A stretch of DNA of 64,000 nt from Octopus sinensis. Taxonomy: Eukaryota. Position 1 is the first letter of the stretch, and each line of letters opens with the position of its first letter. Shown in pieces: positions 35,701-48,955 of the stretch. The notes beneath the pieces are model-generated. The model made no database searches, was not told where the DNA came from, and was given only the letters and a program-made list of their open reading frames with translations. The translations under genes and the position numbers were made by a program. The stretch lies in contig NC_043004.1 of assembly GCF_006345805.1 (NCBI RefSeq), positions 7,378,001 through 7,442,000 on the forward strand, read 5' to 3'.

Positions 35701-38203
35701 ACTGTTGTAGTGTTTGTTGTACTACACATGACAAATTAATTGTACTATTGGAAAAGGACCTGTGAACAAGCTCCTAGGAACTTCAACACGGAAACCATCC
35801 AGTATCCAGTAATAATTACGAGATACACATCTGTCTGTATTCAGTAAAAGGACCTTTAAACATTCTGAATTTAGATCACCCCTAGGTTGACAATGCTTTT
35901 CATCTTTTGGAGCCTGTTTAATCAACAATATATTCCTTCAAAATTTATAGCTTTAGAAATTATTATTTGTTATCATTAATATTTCTTTCGGGGGGCTATG
36001 AGTCGACAAAGGAATAAAGTGCGGGACGATTTAAGCCTCATCTAAAGTTTGTGAATGTGGGCTTATTACAGTGCCAGGTTAGCAAGAATGGAATATACCA
36101 CGACCCATCTTAGCAAATGCTTTATTACTATTGTACACACAATGCCTTCAACTTTTATAAACAACTAGGTGTTTAAAGTTGACCGAATATTTCTGAGATT
36201 TAATACACTTTGAAATTATACGAATACCAAGAAATACTCAAATGGCATGGCAGTCTTCATTTTTGTCGGATACTAATTCACTTTGCTGCTCTTTTACATT
36301 ATTTCGACACATGAAATTTGTCTGGCAATAATTGGGCTTGATTATTTTTCTCATAAAATAAGATCTGTTGAATGAATCAGATTATTTTTGGTGTTATATA
36401 GAATGCTAACCGATTTCTTTTAAATGAAATCGAGATTTTAAAATGAGAAAGAATCATTTTGTGTAGTTTCTTCTTTTAACCGTTATACAGAACTTTGATT
36501 GTATTGATACAAAATGCAGAGTTAATATAGCCACAATGTCAACTTTAGACCACAAATACAAATTTACATTATAATAGGGATGTGAATCAAGAGAGAATAT
36601 TTCACTCGTGCATCTTAGTTGCTTGACTAACCCAGGTTATTCGTGAACTCGTGTGATGGTAGCATTTAAACTCTGTGTTTATAAAGGTTTCGTCTAACAT
36701 GAAATAGGATCTAAGTAATTTACTTTGTTCTCAGACGTTGTCATCTCGGGCTCAAAGGAATCGACTTGCAATTAAAATATCAAGCTTTTTATATAGAATG
36801 AACCCCTTTATACAGGATGGACATACTAGGCCCTTCAGATATGCGGTTGGATCCATAAAGACATAGCTTTAAATAGCTAAGTTTTCTTTTCAATCCCCTT
36901 CAAGGTATATACAACAGGCCCGATGTACTAAATGTTACTGACATTTATTTTCTTTATTCATGCGTCCAAATACCGGTCTCTGGTTATTGTTACATTTCTT
37001 TAGCTTCAGTTAGACACGGCTCTTGCAAAATATATATAATAGCTATGTGCGATAGAGGCAGTATTTGTTTAAAATAGCAATCTGGATATCATTCTTAAAG
37101 TATATACATAATAGAAAACTGAATTAACAGCAGTGTTCGTTCTGTGATTGTATTTCTTATGGATGTACAGTGTTAAATAACACAAAAATATATTAGAATA
37201 TGAAAGCAAGAGGTACCCGACCATTTCCAAATAATGTATCCAGGATAATGTACTTCTGGGTACTCACACACCTTAAATTAAAATGGGGTGTTCCTGGGAT
37301 CACACAAATTAACAAGGTACCCTCTTTGGGATTTCTCGACCTGCTAGAAGTAGCGACTAAATCTCCTTCAAAATCACATTCGTTTTGATCATAAGTTTGT
37401 TCAGCCAGAGCTAACGAGCAGTAACGACTCAGATAATTTATATAAAACATCTAAAAGAGCTTTTAACTTGTGTGCTTAACTGGAAATGTCAAAAGTCAAA
37501 GTACAAGAGATTATCTTAAATCATTGAATCATTATTAATGTTGACAGTGATGGTCGGGATTATAGCCTATTGTTCGAATTTTTCTGGAAAATACCAATTA
37601 TTTTGAGAATATTGGGTTACTTCACCGAATAACTTACATAAGAAATTTTATTGTAAAGCTTAGGACTTTCTTATCAACACCTTCCACGCTGCAATTATTT
37701 TTGTTTCAGCACACGATCTCAGATCAAGTCACTTGCTATGCAAGTACATCTCCGTAATACCAAATATATTGATTTATGTGATCTGAGTATGACAATTTTG
37801 TGTTTTGGTTTGAAGCAGATTTTACGTTTTAGGACTAAATTGTTTAATCAGTGTGCTCTTCGTTTGTTAGCTTTTTTATATAGGTGGATGAGTTGAGGGA
37901 GATTTGACTGCTATTTCTAGATGCTCCATCTATAAAAGATGGAATTTTAAAATTTGCACACCATTCCCCAGTCATATTTTTCACCTAACCACTAATTTTG
38001 AATGAAGTCTGCTAATGTATGAAGTATTATTATATGACAGAATCTGGCAGAACTGATCAAACATTGACCAGAATGTTTTGCATCTATGTTCTGGATTTCA
38101 ATGGATTTGCACAAATCTCTAATATCCAAGTGTCAGTAGAAGCACACCTATGACCCAGATGCAGCCTGACCCCTCTTAGAATGTAAGAAGGGCCAAAACA
38201 TTT

Positions 38204-38450
38204 GGAATCCTTTCACTATGACGGCCAGATTTTTTAATTAATTTTTTTAAAACTAAATACTTCGAAACTTTGGATACTGGTAGAATGTATCAGATAGAAC
38301 AGGGTTTACTCTTAACGTTTTGGACAAAATTTTGTATTTTAGAAGTTATTTTGTGTTAAAGTTGTCATGTTTGGGTAATTTTAACCAATCACTGATGTGT
38401 ATTCAGCTGAAGAAAATTACTGCTGCTGTTTGTGAACAACAACTTCTGGG
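38204..38450 (+). mobile_element. Diverged single arm of the GGATC fold-back family
   Basis: Contains GATACTGGTAGAATGTATC and TTTTAACCAATCACTGA, as in the other arms. Confidence 0.6.
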
Positions 38451-39239
38451 TCCATTGAGAAAACGATGAATGTTCGACAACAGAAAAATTATCTCCGCTA
38501 ACAAAACCCTTCTTTGATAACCAGAGATGTTTTTACAGCAACATAGGTTTGCAGTATCGGGGTTGATTTGAGGCTAAATAACAAGAAAATTATTACCGAG
38601 ACAGACCAACGGTGGAGCCTGTATGTGGTTGCATGACCTGCTAGAAGGGGCTTTTCTTCTCTGATGATGACCTTCTGTTGTTCAGCTATCTTGAGAGTTT
38701 CTTACGAATGTCTCTTTTTTTCATAGCCTCAATGTTGACAAAATAACTACCAGTGGTTTTACTGTATGTTAATTCAATCTCTTGTACCTTCTCCTATGTG
38801 TGACCTTTTGCACAGGACCAGCAGGGCCAGTGCCAAACTATTTTCTATGCAAGGTCAACTAACTTGGTTCCAATTCCTCTAAAAAACAAGAAAAAAAATT
38901 ATCAACTTTGACTATCATGAGCAGATGTTTTGCATGAAAAATGAGAGGCACAGTACTTAAAACTGCCAAATTTATTTTCAATTGCAAGAATGAATAATTA
39001 TCTTTTGCAAATACAAGAAAAAAGAAAGCAAATACTCTCTTGGCACATAAATCATTTTGAGCTGAAGAGCACTCTGTAGGATACCATAACCTCTGCCAAA
39101 TGCAACACAACATTTTATTTGACACTTATTTATGCCTAAGGTTACTTCAGTTCATCAACCTGTTATTATGTTATGACACCATATTGTTACCAGACAGGAA
39201 AAAAAAATTGTGTTAAAAATGTAACCTCTTTGTCAGAGG

Positions 39240-39250
<11 letters not shown>

Positions 39251-39270
<20 letters not shown>

Positions 39271-39670
39271 CGAGCGGTTCCAAGCAGTGCTGTTTACTGC
39301 AAGTGCTCCACCCTTATTGCAGCCCCTATTTGTTCCATGTACTTCTCAAAATTTTTAGTCACTGTTCCCAGGCCTCCGACAAATATTGGTACTAATGGTC
39401 GATGAAAAAGAAAGCAGTAGTACCTACCAATAATTGTCGGAGCCCTGGGAGCAGTGAGCAAAAATCTCGAGAAGTACGTGGAACAAATTAGGGGGCTACA
39501 ATAAGGGTGGAGCACTTGCAGAAAACAGCACTGCTTGGAAACACTCGAATATTCCGGAAGGTGCTCGAAATATAAGAGGTGTTACCTTAGTTCACTGATA
39601 GTTATCAGCTGACACTGTAGTACATTTCCAGTGTTAGAAGCTGTGCAAAGGCAATAATAATAATAATAAT
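39251..39670. mobile_element. R2/R4/NeSL-type (RLE) LINE 3' end with inverted duplication
   Basis: The + copy reads PIIVGALGAVSKNLEKYVEQI-ATIRVEHLQKTALLGT-RIFRKVLEI* then a 3'UTR and (AAT)n tail. 39270-39393 is an inverted copy of about 39424-39548. Confidence 0.82.
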
Positions 39671-39899
39671 GTGAATTATGTTAAAATTTCCATTGCATAA
39701 AAATTTTGCCTTGTATGTCTTTTCCAGTTTTGTCACCCAGTTTAATCAGTTCAGGTATTGATACTTGTTGATAATCACCTGTATTAGTTGTTATGGTAAC
39801 TAGTTTCTTTTGCAACTTTGTTGATTATGTGAATGTTATTATTAATTTGATCTTTGAGAGTCTATGTTTACCATTTCCTATTCACATTGGTATTGTAAG

Positions 39900-40110
39900 A
39901 AAGCTGGCAGAATTGTTAAGTCTCTGGACAAAGTGCTTAGCGGCATTTTATCCATCTTCATGTTCTAAGTTCAAATTCTACTGTGGTCGACTTTGCCTGT
40001 CATCCTTTGAGGGTTGAGAAAATAAAGACCAATTGAACACTGGTATTGCTGCTACTGACTTACTCCCTCACACCGAAACTGCTAGCCCTGTGCTAAAATT
40101 TGAGACCAAT
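39900..40110 (+). mobile_element. SINE family A, diverged
   Basis: Head, B-box and core recognisable. Confidence 0.75.
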
Positions 40111-40364
40111 ATTAGTAGAATGAGAAGGATTGAGCAGATTCTCTTGGAGATTTTTGATCTAGCAAGGAGACAAGTGCTACTTGTGGCAACATAAACTTTA
40201 CTACAAGTCTTTAAGCTTTTGGCATTTCTTTGCAACATGGATCTTCAAAGTCAATAGCTTCGTTTCCATCATGTAGCAACAGCACTTGTGAAATTCTTGC
40301 AGCATTTATGTAGCATTCAGTAGATTTTTCCCCCTTTATGCTACATGTGTGAGTGTGTGGGCAC

Positions 40365-40515
40365 AGGCATGGCTGTGTGGTCAGAAGTTTGGTTTCCAAT
40401 TACATGGTTCCAGGTTCAGTTTTACTATATGGTACCTTAGGCAAGTGTCGTCTACTATAACCTTTGGTCAACCAAAGCTTTGTGAGTGGATTTGGTAGAT
40501 GGAAACTGAAAGAAG

Positions 40516-40560
<45 letters not shown>

Positions 40561-40857
40561 AGTGAATTGAAGAAATGGAGTTGAACGAAGATTGAACAGA
40601 ATTCCTTTTATTGCATTCTACACATGTTTGAAACATGTGTAGAATGCAATAAAAGGAATTCTGTTCAATCTTCGTTCAACTCCATTTCTTCAATTCACTA
40701 ATAATATTAAAATTCAATTATCCGCACCAACGCACGGTTGCAACACCAAATGGTTTTATCTCCAACCGTGCTTTCTTCTGCTGTGATTTTTGCTACCAAG
40801 GTATCGGTTAAACTTTTGATTAATCTGCACAAGATTATTCATCTTTCTATTTTACCA

Positions 40858-40915
<58 letters not shown>

Positions 40916-41110
40916 TTGTGTCTGTCCATTCACAGCTTGACAACTGTTGTTGGTTTGTTTATGTCCCCATAACCTAGCAGTTAGGCACAGTTTGACAATA
41001 GAATAAGTACCAGGCTTTTACAGAATAAGTACTGGGGTTAATTTGTTTGACTAAAACCCTTCAAGACAGTGCCCCAGCATGGCCACAGTCCAATGACAGA
41101 AACAAGAAGA
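40365..41110 (+). mobile_element. SINE family B whose internal (TA)n hosts a palindromic insertion
   Basis: Head at 40365-40517. The 3' part resumes at about 40905. Confidence 0.8.
40553..40707. repeat. Perfect 155-bp palindrome (77-bp arms, 1-nt spacer), probably a Penelope-like end
   Basis: Arms 40553-40629 and 40631-40707 are exact reverse complements. Centre ACATGTTT-G-AAACATGT. Confidence 0.9.
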
Positions 41111-41261
41111 TAAAAAAAATATCACTGAAAGCCATGTCTAATAAAGGAGAAACCTTCTTGAAATTTCTGCTTTGTGGTGCCTCTTAGGCTTCACACACAG
41201 AACTGCCGTTTCTTTTGTCTCAAAGTCTGATGGAATCTCGTGGAATTGTAGTTGTGATACC

Positions 41262-41583
41262 TGTGCCGGTGGCATGTAAAAAGCACCATCCGAACGTGGC
41301 CAATGCCAGCGCCGCCTTGACTGGCTTCTGTGCAGGTGGCACATAAAAAGCACCAACCGATCGTGGCCGCTGCCAGCCTCCCCTGGCACCTGTGCCGGTG
41401 GCACGTAAAAAGCACCCACTACACTCATGGAGTGGTTGGCATTTGGAAGGGTATCCAGCTGTAGAAACACTGCCAGATCAGACTGGAGCCTGGTTCAGCC
41501 TCCTGGCTTCCCAGACCCTGGTCGAACTGTCCAACCCGTGCTAGCACGGAAAACGGATGTTAAACGATGATGATGATGATGAT
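41262..41583 (+). mobile_element. RTE-tail-type repeat with internal tandem units and (GAT)n tail
   Basis: Three GTGCCGGTGGCA.GTAAAAAGCACC units, GAGTGGTTGGC..GGAAGGG.ATCCAGC, ends TAAACGATGATGAT. Related copies at about 55877-56036 (-), 59535-59727 (+), 60565-60678 (-) and 61670-61770 (-). Confidence 0.75.
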
Positions 41584-42263
41584 TTTAAGTAATGAACCAC
41601 TATTTCTTGATCACTTTCATTTGTGATGAAATCAAAACGGGACAAATATTCAACAAACTGTAAAAATCTTGCATTGCAAGCAATTTATTATTTGATCCAC
41701 AATCTGACATTTTCCATTCTTAGAACTTCACTAAAGAAGGGATTTCTAATGTTTCTGTAACATTGTTATTGTTAATCTGTCTCCCTTTTTATTGACATTT
41801 CTGTCACTTGTGTTATTTAAAACTTTGCAACAACACCCCTAATACCCTGGGGCATTGTGACACAATGTCACCAGGATTGTTCCTTTTTGCCTAATATTCT
41901 AGCAGCTTCAATTGTTTTATCAGCCACAGCTCATACAAAACTGAAATAAAAATACGAAGTTACTATTATTGAATTTTAATTAACTTTAATTAGTTATAAT
42001 ACTGTTATTACTGAAAACATTGAGCAGCTACGTTTTCCTTTTATTATAATTTTCTTAAAACAACTAATTTAGTAGTTTACCTTTCTGAGCTCTACACCCA
42101 AAATAGCCCCAGCCCTGCTCCTACAAATGTTTAGAATATATGACGTTCATATTTGTTTAATGCATTTTTAAAAAAAAATTAATGTTTTGTGGGAAATAAT
42201 TGGATATTTAGTTTCAACATTGTTGATTTTAGAGTTTTTTCTTTTCTTTTTCTTTCTTGGCAG

Positions 42264-42370
42264 TTTTTATTAATGTCATACAGGAAAATATTGATTCAGA
42301 AGACTTGTTATTTACAGATAGAAGCTGTGACAAGTATCTTGAAATTCTAAATGTTGCTTTAAAACTGCAG
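42264..42370 (+). CDS. Candidate internal coding exon (107 nt, phase 1 to 0)
   Basis: Strong acceptor TTTTCTTTTTCTTTCTTGGCAG. Open frame VFINVIQENIDSEDLLFTDRSCDKYLEILNVALKLQ is phase-compatible with the 30077 exon. The donor CAG|GTTTCT is weak. Confidence 0.3.
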
Positions 42371-42881
42371 GTTTCTCAGCTTTAGACAAAGTATAGCATT
42401 TATAATAGTATTGTATGCACCGATGCATGTATTTATTATGCATATTTTGGATCCAATTCGTTCAAACTTGTTCAGTGCTGTGCATTTCCAGTTCATTAAC
42501 TGAATGAATCTTTAGAATAAAGATTTTTTTCTTCCTGTTTATATTCTTTTTTCCTTTTTTTTTTCTTTTAAAGAGGTAATTTTCTTCATAATATTTATGA
42601 GCTTCACCAGGCTCTCTCTGTCCATCACATGTCTTTCTGACATTTAGAATTAAGCTGCATATCATTAAGTCTTAATTTGCACGTTGTTTTTCTTTTATTC
42701 CTTATTTCATGTTATTGTGTCACTGTGATCATTCATAAAAAGGCTTATATACATCTATCAAATTAGCTTTGCCTAGTAATACTGGTAAAAGCTTACTGAC
42801 GAGGTCTAACGAAACCTGAACGTGTGGACTGCTATGGTCAAACTCGTAAACCACATTCTGTTTTTAATTAAAAGATTGGGG

Positions 42882-43962
42882 GGATCTTTTCCTTTTGATG
42901 GACGGAATTTTCTAGTTAACTAAAAAATTTGAAACTTCGTATACTGGTAGAATGTGTCAAAAGAAAACATTATTGTAAACAAAATTGAAAGCAAAATTGT
43001 AATTTGTAACTTTAACGTAGTTTAATTCTTCGAATTTTAACCAATGAAATCCCAGCATTTGAACTCAAATCATTTGCTGCGTTATCGATATTGATAAAGA
43101 AACATAGCAGACGCATGCCGCATACACACACACACACATACATATATTCAGATACATACACACGTACACTTGCACACACACACACACTCTCTGTCACTAT
43201 CTCTCTTTCTCTCAAACACATGCATATACATTTGCACAAGTACATAGTAATTAATATATAAGCGTACACACACATACAAACGGACATATACATACGCACA
43301 CATACACGTTCGTGTTTTTCCCCTTGCCGCAACAAATTTACACCAAAGGTAAATAAACCAGAAGGGGGTCAATGTTTCATCGTTTTGGGGTCGATAAATT
43401 AAGTACCAACTACGCACTGGTGTCGAGAATTTTTTTTCCAATTTATATCACAGCTTCCGACAAGCTGGGGCATCCTTTTATGAAAAAATATTTCGCAAAT
43501 TTTTACAATACGACTCACACTCCACGCGCAAACTCTAGACCGCTTTAGGCATATTATTTTGTTTTTGTTGTTTCTGGCCCTTCAAAACCATGGGAGAAGC
43601 CTTTTCGGTAAAAAAAAATAAAGAAAATATTCAAAAAATGTCGTTAATATTTTTATTGGGCGACGAAATTCATCGATTTAAGAGATATAGCTGTTATTTC
43701 TAGCACATGCAGAAGACAGAAGAGATAAGGATGAATAAGATGTGTGTGTGTGAGTTTTTAGACGCAGAAAATGAATTGAGCTCAAATGCTGGGATCTCAT
43801 TGGTTAAAATTCGTAGAATTAAACTACGCTAAACTTAGAAATTACAATTTTGTTTTCAGTTTTGTTTACAATAATGTTTTCTTTTGACACATTCTACCAG
43901 TATACGAAGTTTCAAATTGTTTAGTTAACTAGAAAATTCCGTCCATCAAAAGGAAATGATCC
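42882..43962. mobile_element. GGATC fold-back MITE with TIRs of about 200 bp and about 670 bp of heterologous interior
   Basis: GGATCTTTTCCTTTTGATGGACGGAATTTTCTAG ... CTAGAAAATTCCGTCCATCAAAAGGAAATGATCC. The interior holds microsatellites and a SINE fragment. Confidence 0.85.
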
Positions 43963-44779
43963 GTTTGGGGTCATCTCCTTCGCCTTTCTTGACTAGAAAT
44001 AATCATTTAAACTAATTAATCGTTAGCTTTACCACTAATGTAATTAAAATCAATTAAACTTTCTCAAGTCATAACATTAAGTATTTAGCACTGACCACAA
44101 TGTCAGTTTTAATGGGTCAATGGTTTTAACTTATGCATCAGCCTTTGCAGATTACAAAATAAATATATTTTGGGGGACATTATGTCGCCATTTTGGTACC
44201 ATTTTAGTTTATGGCGATTGTTACAAATACAAGGTCGTGAAAATTTATAAAGAAAAAGAATGAATTTAGTAAATGTTCGTTTTTTCCTATTACATTCAAT
44301 TAGGAATTTTTTTTTAGTTTTATTTTAAATTCTGCTGTTTTTATCGTGTTTTGAAATAATTGCTTGAAAATACAGGTTTATCTGATACGTGGTCACGCAC
44401 GCACATGCGTATGTCCACATATATTCGCAAATATATTTTACACGTGATTAATGTCGAGTGTTGTCTGCTGTGAGAACTTTTATCCGATGCAGTAAGTCTG
44501 ACTTCTCGATGTTTTCTGAAAATATCAGGGTTTTTTGTTCCAAAATGTTTACATGTCGCTCTACAGAATTTGTCCTGTTTTGCATGGATCACAATAAATA
44601 AACTGCAATTACAGGCTCTAGATGGTGTTTGACTATCGATTTGTAAAGTGGTTTTAGTTTTCATTTATGGAGAAAACTACGTTTAGGATTGCATCTTTGA
44701 AATTCGGAGCAACGAACTGTTCATGGCCACCTACGTATAATGGGCCTGTAGCACACGTTTGTTAATATAGAGACGTTAA

Positions 44780-44930
44780 AGCGGCGAGCTGGCAGAATCT
44801 TTAGCGCGGCATTTTGTGTCTTTACGTTCTCAGTTCGAATTTCGCTGAGGTCGATTTTGCCTTTCATCCTTTAGGAGTCGATGTTATCGACTTAGCCTCT
44901 CCTCCGAACTTGCTGGCCTTGTGCCGATAT
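44780..44930 (+). mobile_element. SINE family A, diverged
   Basis: Head GCGGCGAGCTGGCAGAATC and core present. Confidence 0.75.
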
Positions 44931-45260
44931 TGAGAGACATTTTAGATTGGATGAATTTGTTTATGTGTCAGACACAAAAGAACAATTGCTGAAAAATGAG
45001 CTGAAGCATAATCTTTGCTCACTTTTTTCTCTTTCCGCCATACTGGTGAGGTTTCCTTAAACCAATACCATTTAGTATTGTTTTCACACCGATGACTGCA
45101 AAGTTAAATTTGAGTCATACGATTTATTATCTTTTGTTTCCAAATTGTCAAGGCAAATATTCGGCCATATGTGTGTTTGTCTGATTCAATGACTATCCGT
45201 TTCCCTCATTACGTTCGAATATCAATCACTCGCGCAACATTTGGTCTCTTTTCCTGACAG

Positions 45261-45281
45261 TCTTTGTCTCTAAGCTTTCTA
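45261..45281 (+). other. Candidate symmetric 21-nt micro-exon
   Basis: TCTCTTTTCCTGACAG|TCTTTGTCTCTAAGCTTTCTA|GTATGT. Consensus splice sites, length divisible by 3, open in phase 0 (SLSLSFL) and phase 1. Confidence 0.35.
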
Positions 45282-45768
45282 GTATGTATAATGGTTTCAA
45301 ATTGTGAGCTGGTGCGTGTGCTTCGGGGACCCACCCCTCCTAATACACATACGCACAATTTCTAAACGGCAATCTATTTAATTATTTGCTCTACACACAT
45401 TCACATCCAGCTAGCTATCAATACAAACAATGTAATTTTTCACCATCTATAACTTCCCAATGAATAATGGGCCACTTTCTATAGGTTCCTATTTCAACCG
45501 TCTTCTTACGCTTCCTTAATGCTTTCCAGACCAACAAGGATATGTCTAATATTCTATTCCCGTTCACAGCCATTTTAAGTTTGAATGGTTATATTTAAAA
45601 AAAAACACAAAAAAACTGCTTACTTTCTTTTTAAATTAGGCAATTCGGTCAAGTCTTACGTGACTTGGTTTCGACTTTTGGTTAAAGCCAACTGCATCAC
45701 GAGGAAAGAAAACGACACGGAATTGGGATATGAGAGGGGAAATGTAGAAAATGAAGTATCCCCTCTTT

Positions 45769-46510
45769 GGATCTTTTCGGTTTGAACGGCAGTCTTTTAA
45801 AATAATTTCTATGTAACTAAACACTTTTAAACTTCGTATACTGGTAGAATGTGTTTATAAAACATCTTTTTCTCTTGGCCTTTTTGAGAAAATTCTATAG
45901 TTTGTAAGATATTTTCTTCAATTTTGGTAATTTCAACCAATCAGTGACGTCTATTGAGGTGAAAACATTATCTGCCGTAAAATTTTCTGACGGTAAAATA
46001 TGAAAATGTCCCTCGTTTAAGAAACAGATTGGGTTTATTTACATTTCTGAAGAAAAAAAAGATACCCTTCTCCTAACCCTAACCCAACCCCTAACCCTAA
46101 CTCTACCCTAAAACAGATTGAAATGCAATAGATCGATACTAGGGTCATAATTATGGGTGGACACTAAAGAGGGGACGGTTTTGTTATCCAGCTCTGTTTA
46201 CGAGTGACCCTTCAGTTTATGACCACAGGGTATCCTTTTTCTCATAAAAAAAACTGGGACATTTTCATATGACGCCGCCATAAAATGTAACGGCAGAAAT
46301 CGTTTTCACCCCATTAGACGTCACTGATTGGTTGAAATTGCTGAAATGCAAGAAATTAAAGACCAAATATCTTACAAACTATAGAATTTTCTCAAGAAAG
46401 CCAAGAGAAAAAGATGTTTTATAGACACATTCTACCAGTATACGAAGTTTAAAATTTTTTAGTTACATAGAAATTATTTTTAAAAACTGCCGTTCAAACC
46501 GAAAAGATCC
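45769..46510. mobile_element. GGATC fold-back MITE
   Basis: GGATCTTTTCGGTTTGAACGGCAG ... CTGCCGTTCAAACCGAAAAGATCC. CCCTAA array at about 46073-46110. Confidence 0.9.
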
Positions 46511-47779
46511 TATTTTTTTTGTGCCTTATAATTTAACACATCGATAAAATTTCCACTTATTCCTTATTTTTATTTTCCTAAAATTTTCGTTGAGTCTTGC
46601 AACCTTTTCAAGAGTCAAGACTATTGAAAACAGAATATATATATAGTCACCTCTATGTTTAGCCCCTTGTGAGCAATAAAGGAATATATATAGGAAATCA
46701 TGATAAGCACAACTTTATGTATTTAAAAAGTCGCCATATTTGTTTAATTTTCGTGTTCGACTCTAAAACTAGAACCCGTGTCTTTGTTTTATCATCGCTC
46801 ACACCTTTAGGACAGGCACGAACGAAGCAACTGCCCAGTTTTGTTTCCCGAAGTTTCGTGGCCTTTATCCGTTAAGAATTATTATTCGCTTTTGTATTGT
46901 TATCAATGGCTTCGTCTTCCTGTCTGTAAAGTAGCTGTATTCTAAGCTCCTTCCCTCTCCTCCATTCGACCCCTTCTCGTTTGTCACTAAATAAATATTG
47001 TCACAGGGGCTTTGGGAAGCGTAACGACGCCATGTCCACCGCCCGCCTCAGTCCTTCGCTTTGTTCTCAGACGTTGGGGAGCAAAATGAAAATGGACTTC
47101 ATTTATATATGCACGTGCACTCCACACACATCACCAAGGACACTCACACGCACAGAAGCTGGTAGTTTTACTCCGATGCTACATAATCACTCGAAATAAC
47201 ATTGAACACTGAACTAATTAGAGACAGAGCGAATAACTTCTAAGCTAATGTCGCCCGCAGCCCAGGAATGGCCCACCGATGTGTTTGCTCTTTTCATAAA
47301 GGTTTTTCAAATTTAATGTATTTATGAGCCAGTCAACGATTGATGGATAGCTTTCAGATAGCCTTTTTGTGTCTTGATTAATTTGATTTTTACTCACACA
47401 GTATATATTACCAGTGATACATCTACATGAATATGATATATATGGGCCATTACATATACTAGCAGAAAGACCTCCTTCCGGGCATTTTCCGCTAGCCACT
47501 TGATAATATTTTCAATGATATTTCAGTCGCATATTTTTTTTTAGACGCCCCTTGTTGAATTGCAAAATTCTAATGTAATATTTGTGTAATAACGAAATCA
47601 AACCTGGAGTGTGTGCCTTTATATTAGAGACAGTATGTGTTTATATTAGTGGGACTGTGTGTCTTGCGATCGTGATTGCAACAGCCTATAACTACTAGGC
47701 CATGCGCCTTCATACACACACACACACACACACACATGCATGCATGCATACACGCACATACATACATACATACACACAT

Positions 47780-47822
<43 letters not shown>

Positions 47823-47924
47823 CATACATATAGATAGATAGATATAGTTTTTGTGGACCAAGCAGGATAAATAGAAAACTCAGTACAATGAGTAAATATT
47901 TATTTCATTTTTTTTTGTCGGTAG

Positions 47925-48955
47925 AAGGCAAATCGTTAGCCAGTCGGACAAAAAATGCCTAGCGGCATTTTTTCCGGCACATTACTTTCTGGCCTCTTCC
48001 GCCGAGGTCAACTTTACCTTCCTTCATTTCGGGGTCAATGAAATAAGTACCAGTCGAGTACCATGTGATCGGCTACCCGCGCCCCTAAAATTTCAGCTCT
48101 TGTATTTATAATAGAAAAAAATTTTTGATCGGCAAAATTTAGAAGAGTGAATCACGGGTCAAGAGCTCTGTGCATGGATGATCAAAGCATTTGACATGTG
48201 CTGCGCATGAAACTGTCGGCCCCTGAGTCGCTTCTGTAACTTCTGCCGATTATATATACAATTACGTGTGTGTGTGTTTTTGTCCAACCTGTGCCACCAT
48301 GGAATACGAATGCTAAATGATAATCCTTTCTTCTGGAAGCACAAGACCTCAAATTTGGGGGAAGGGATTAAGTCGATTACATCGACCCCAGTGCGTAACT
48401 GGTATTTATTTAATCGACCTCGAAAGGATGAAAAGCAAAGTCGACTTCGGTGGAATTTGAACTAATTCAGACCGTAACGACAGGCAAAATACCGCTAAGC
48501 ATTTTGCCCGGAGTGCTAACGATTCTGCCAGCTCGCCACCTTCAATCCTAAATGATAATCTTTTCTACTCTAGGCACAAGGCCTGAAATTTCCGGGGAGG
48601 CGGCCAGTCGGTTAGATCAACCCCAGTCCGCAAATAGGACTTAATTTATCGACCTCGAAAGGATGAAAGGCAAAGTCGTCCTTGGCTGAATTTGAACTCA
48701 GAACGTAGCGGCAAACGAAATACTTATTTCTTTACAACCCACAAGGGGCTTAACACAGAGAGGACAAACAAGGACAGACACACGGATTAAGTCGATTATA
48801 TCGACCCCAGTGCGTAACTGGTACTTATTTAATCGACCCTGAAAGGATGAAAGGCAAAGTCGACCTCGGCGGAATTTGAACTCAGAACCTAATGCCGGAC
48901 GAAATATGGCTACGCATTTCGCCCGGCGTGCTAACGTTTCTCCCAGCTCACCAGC
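47925..48955. mobile_element. Cluster of four family A SINEs (one +, three - in tandem)
   Basis: Copies at about 47925-48125 (+), 48335-48540 (-), 48565-48720 (-) and 48721-48955 (-). TGCTAAATGATAAT-like motifs recur at the junctions. Confidence 0.85.

Noticed and set aside
41262-41415. CRISPR-like repeat-spacer pattern (GTGGCA.GTAAAAAGCACC x3)
   Set aside because: Eukaryotic context, the spacers are related to each other, and the units lie inside a retroposon-derived repeat.
46981-47199. ORF containing RGFGKR, resembling an amidated neuropeptide cleavage site
   Set aside because: No signal peptide, no repeated peptides, non-ATG start, and no match to allatotropin beyond the last residues. 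Likely chance.
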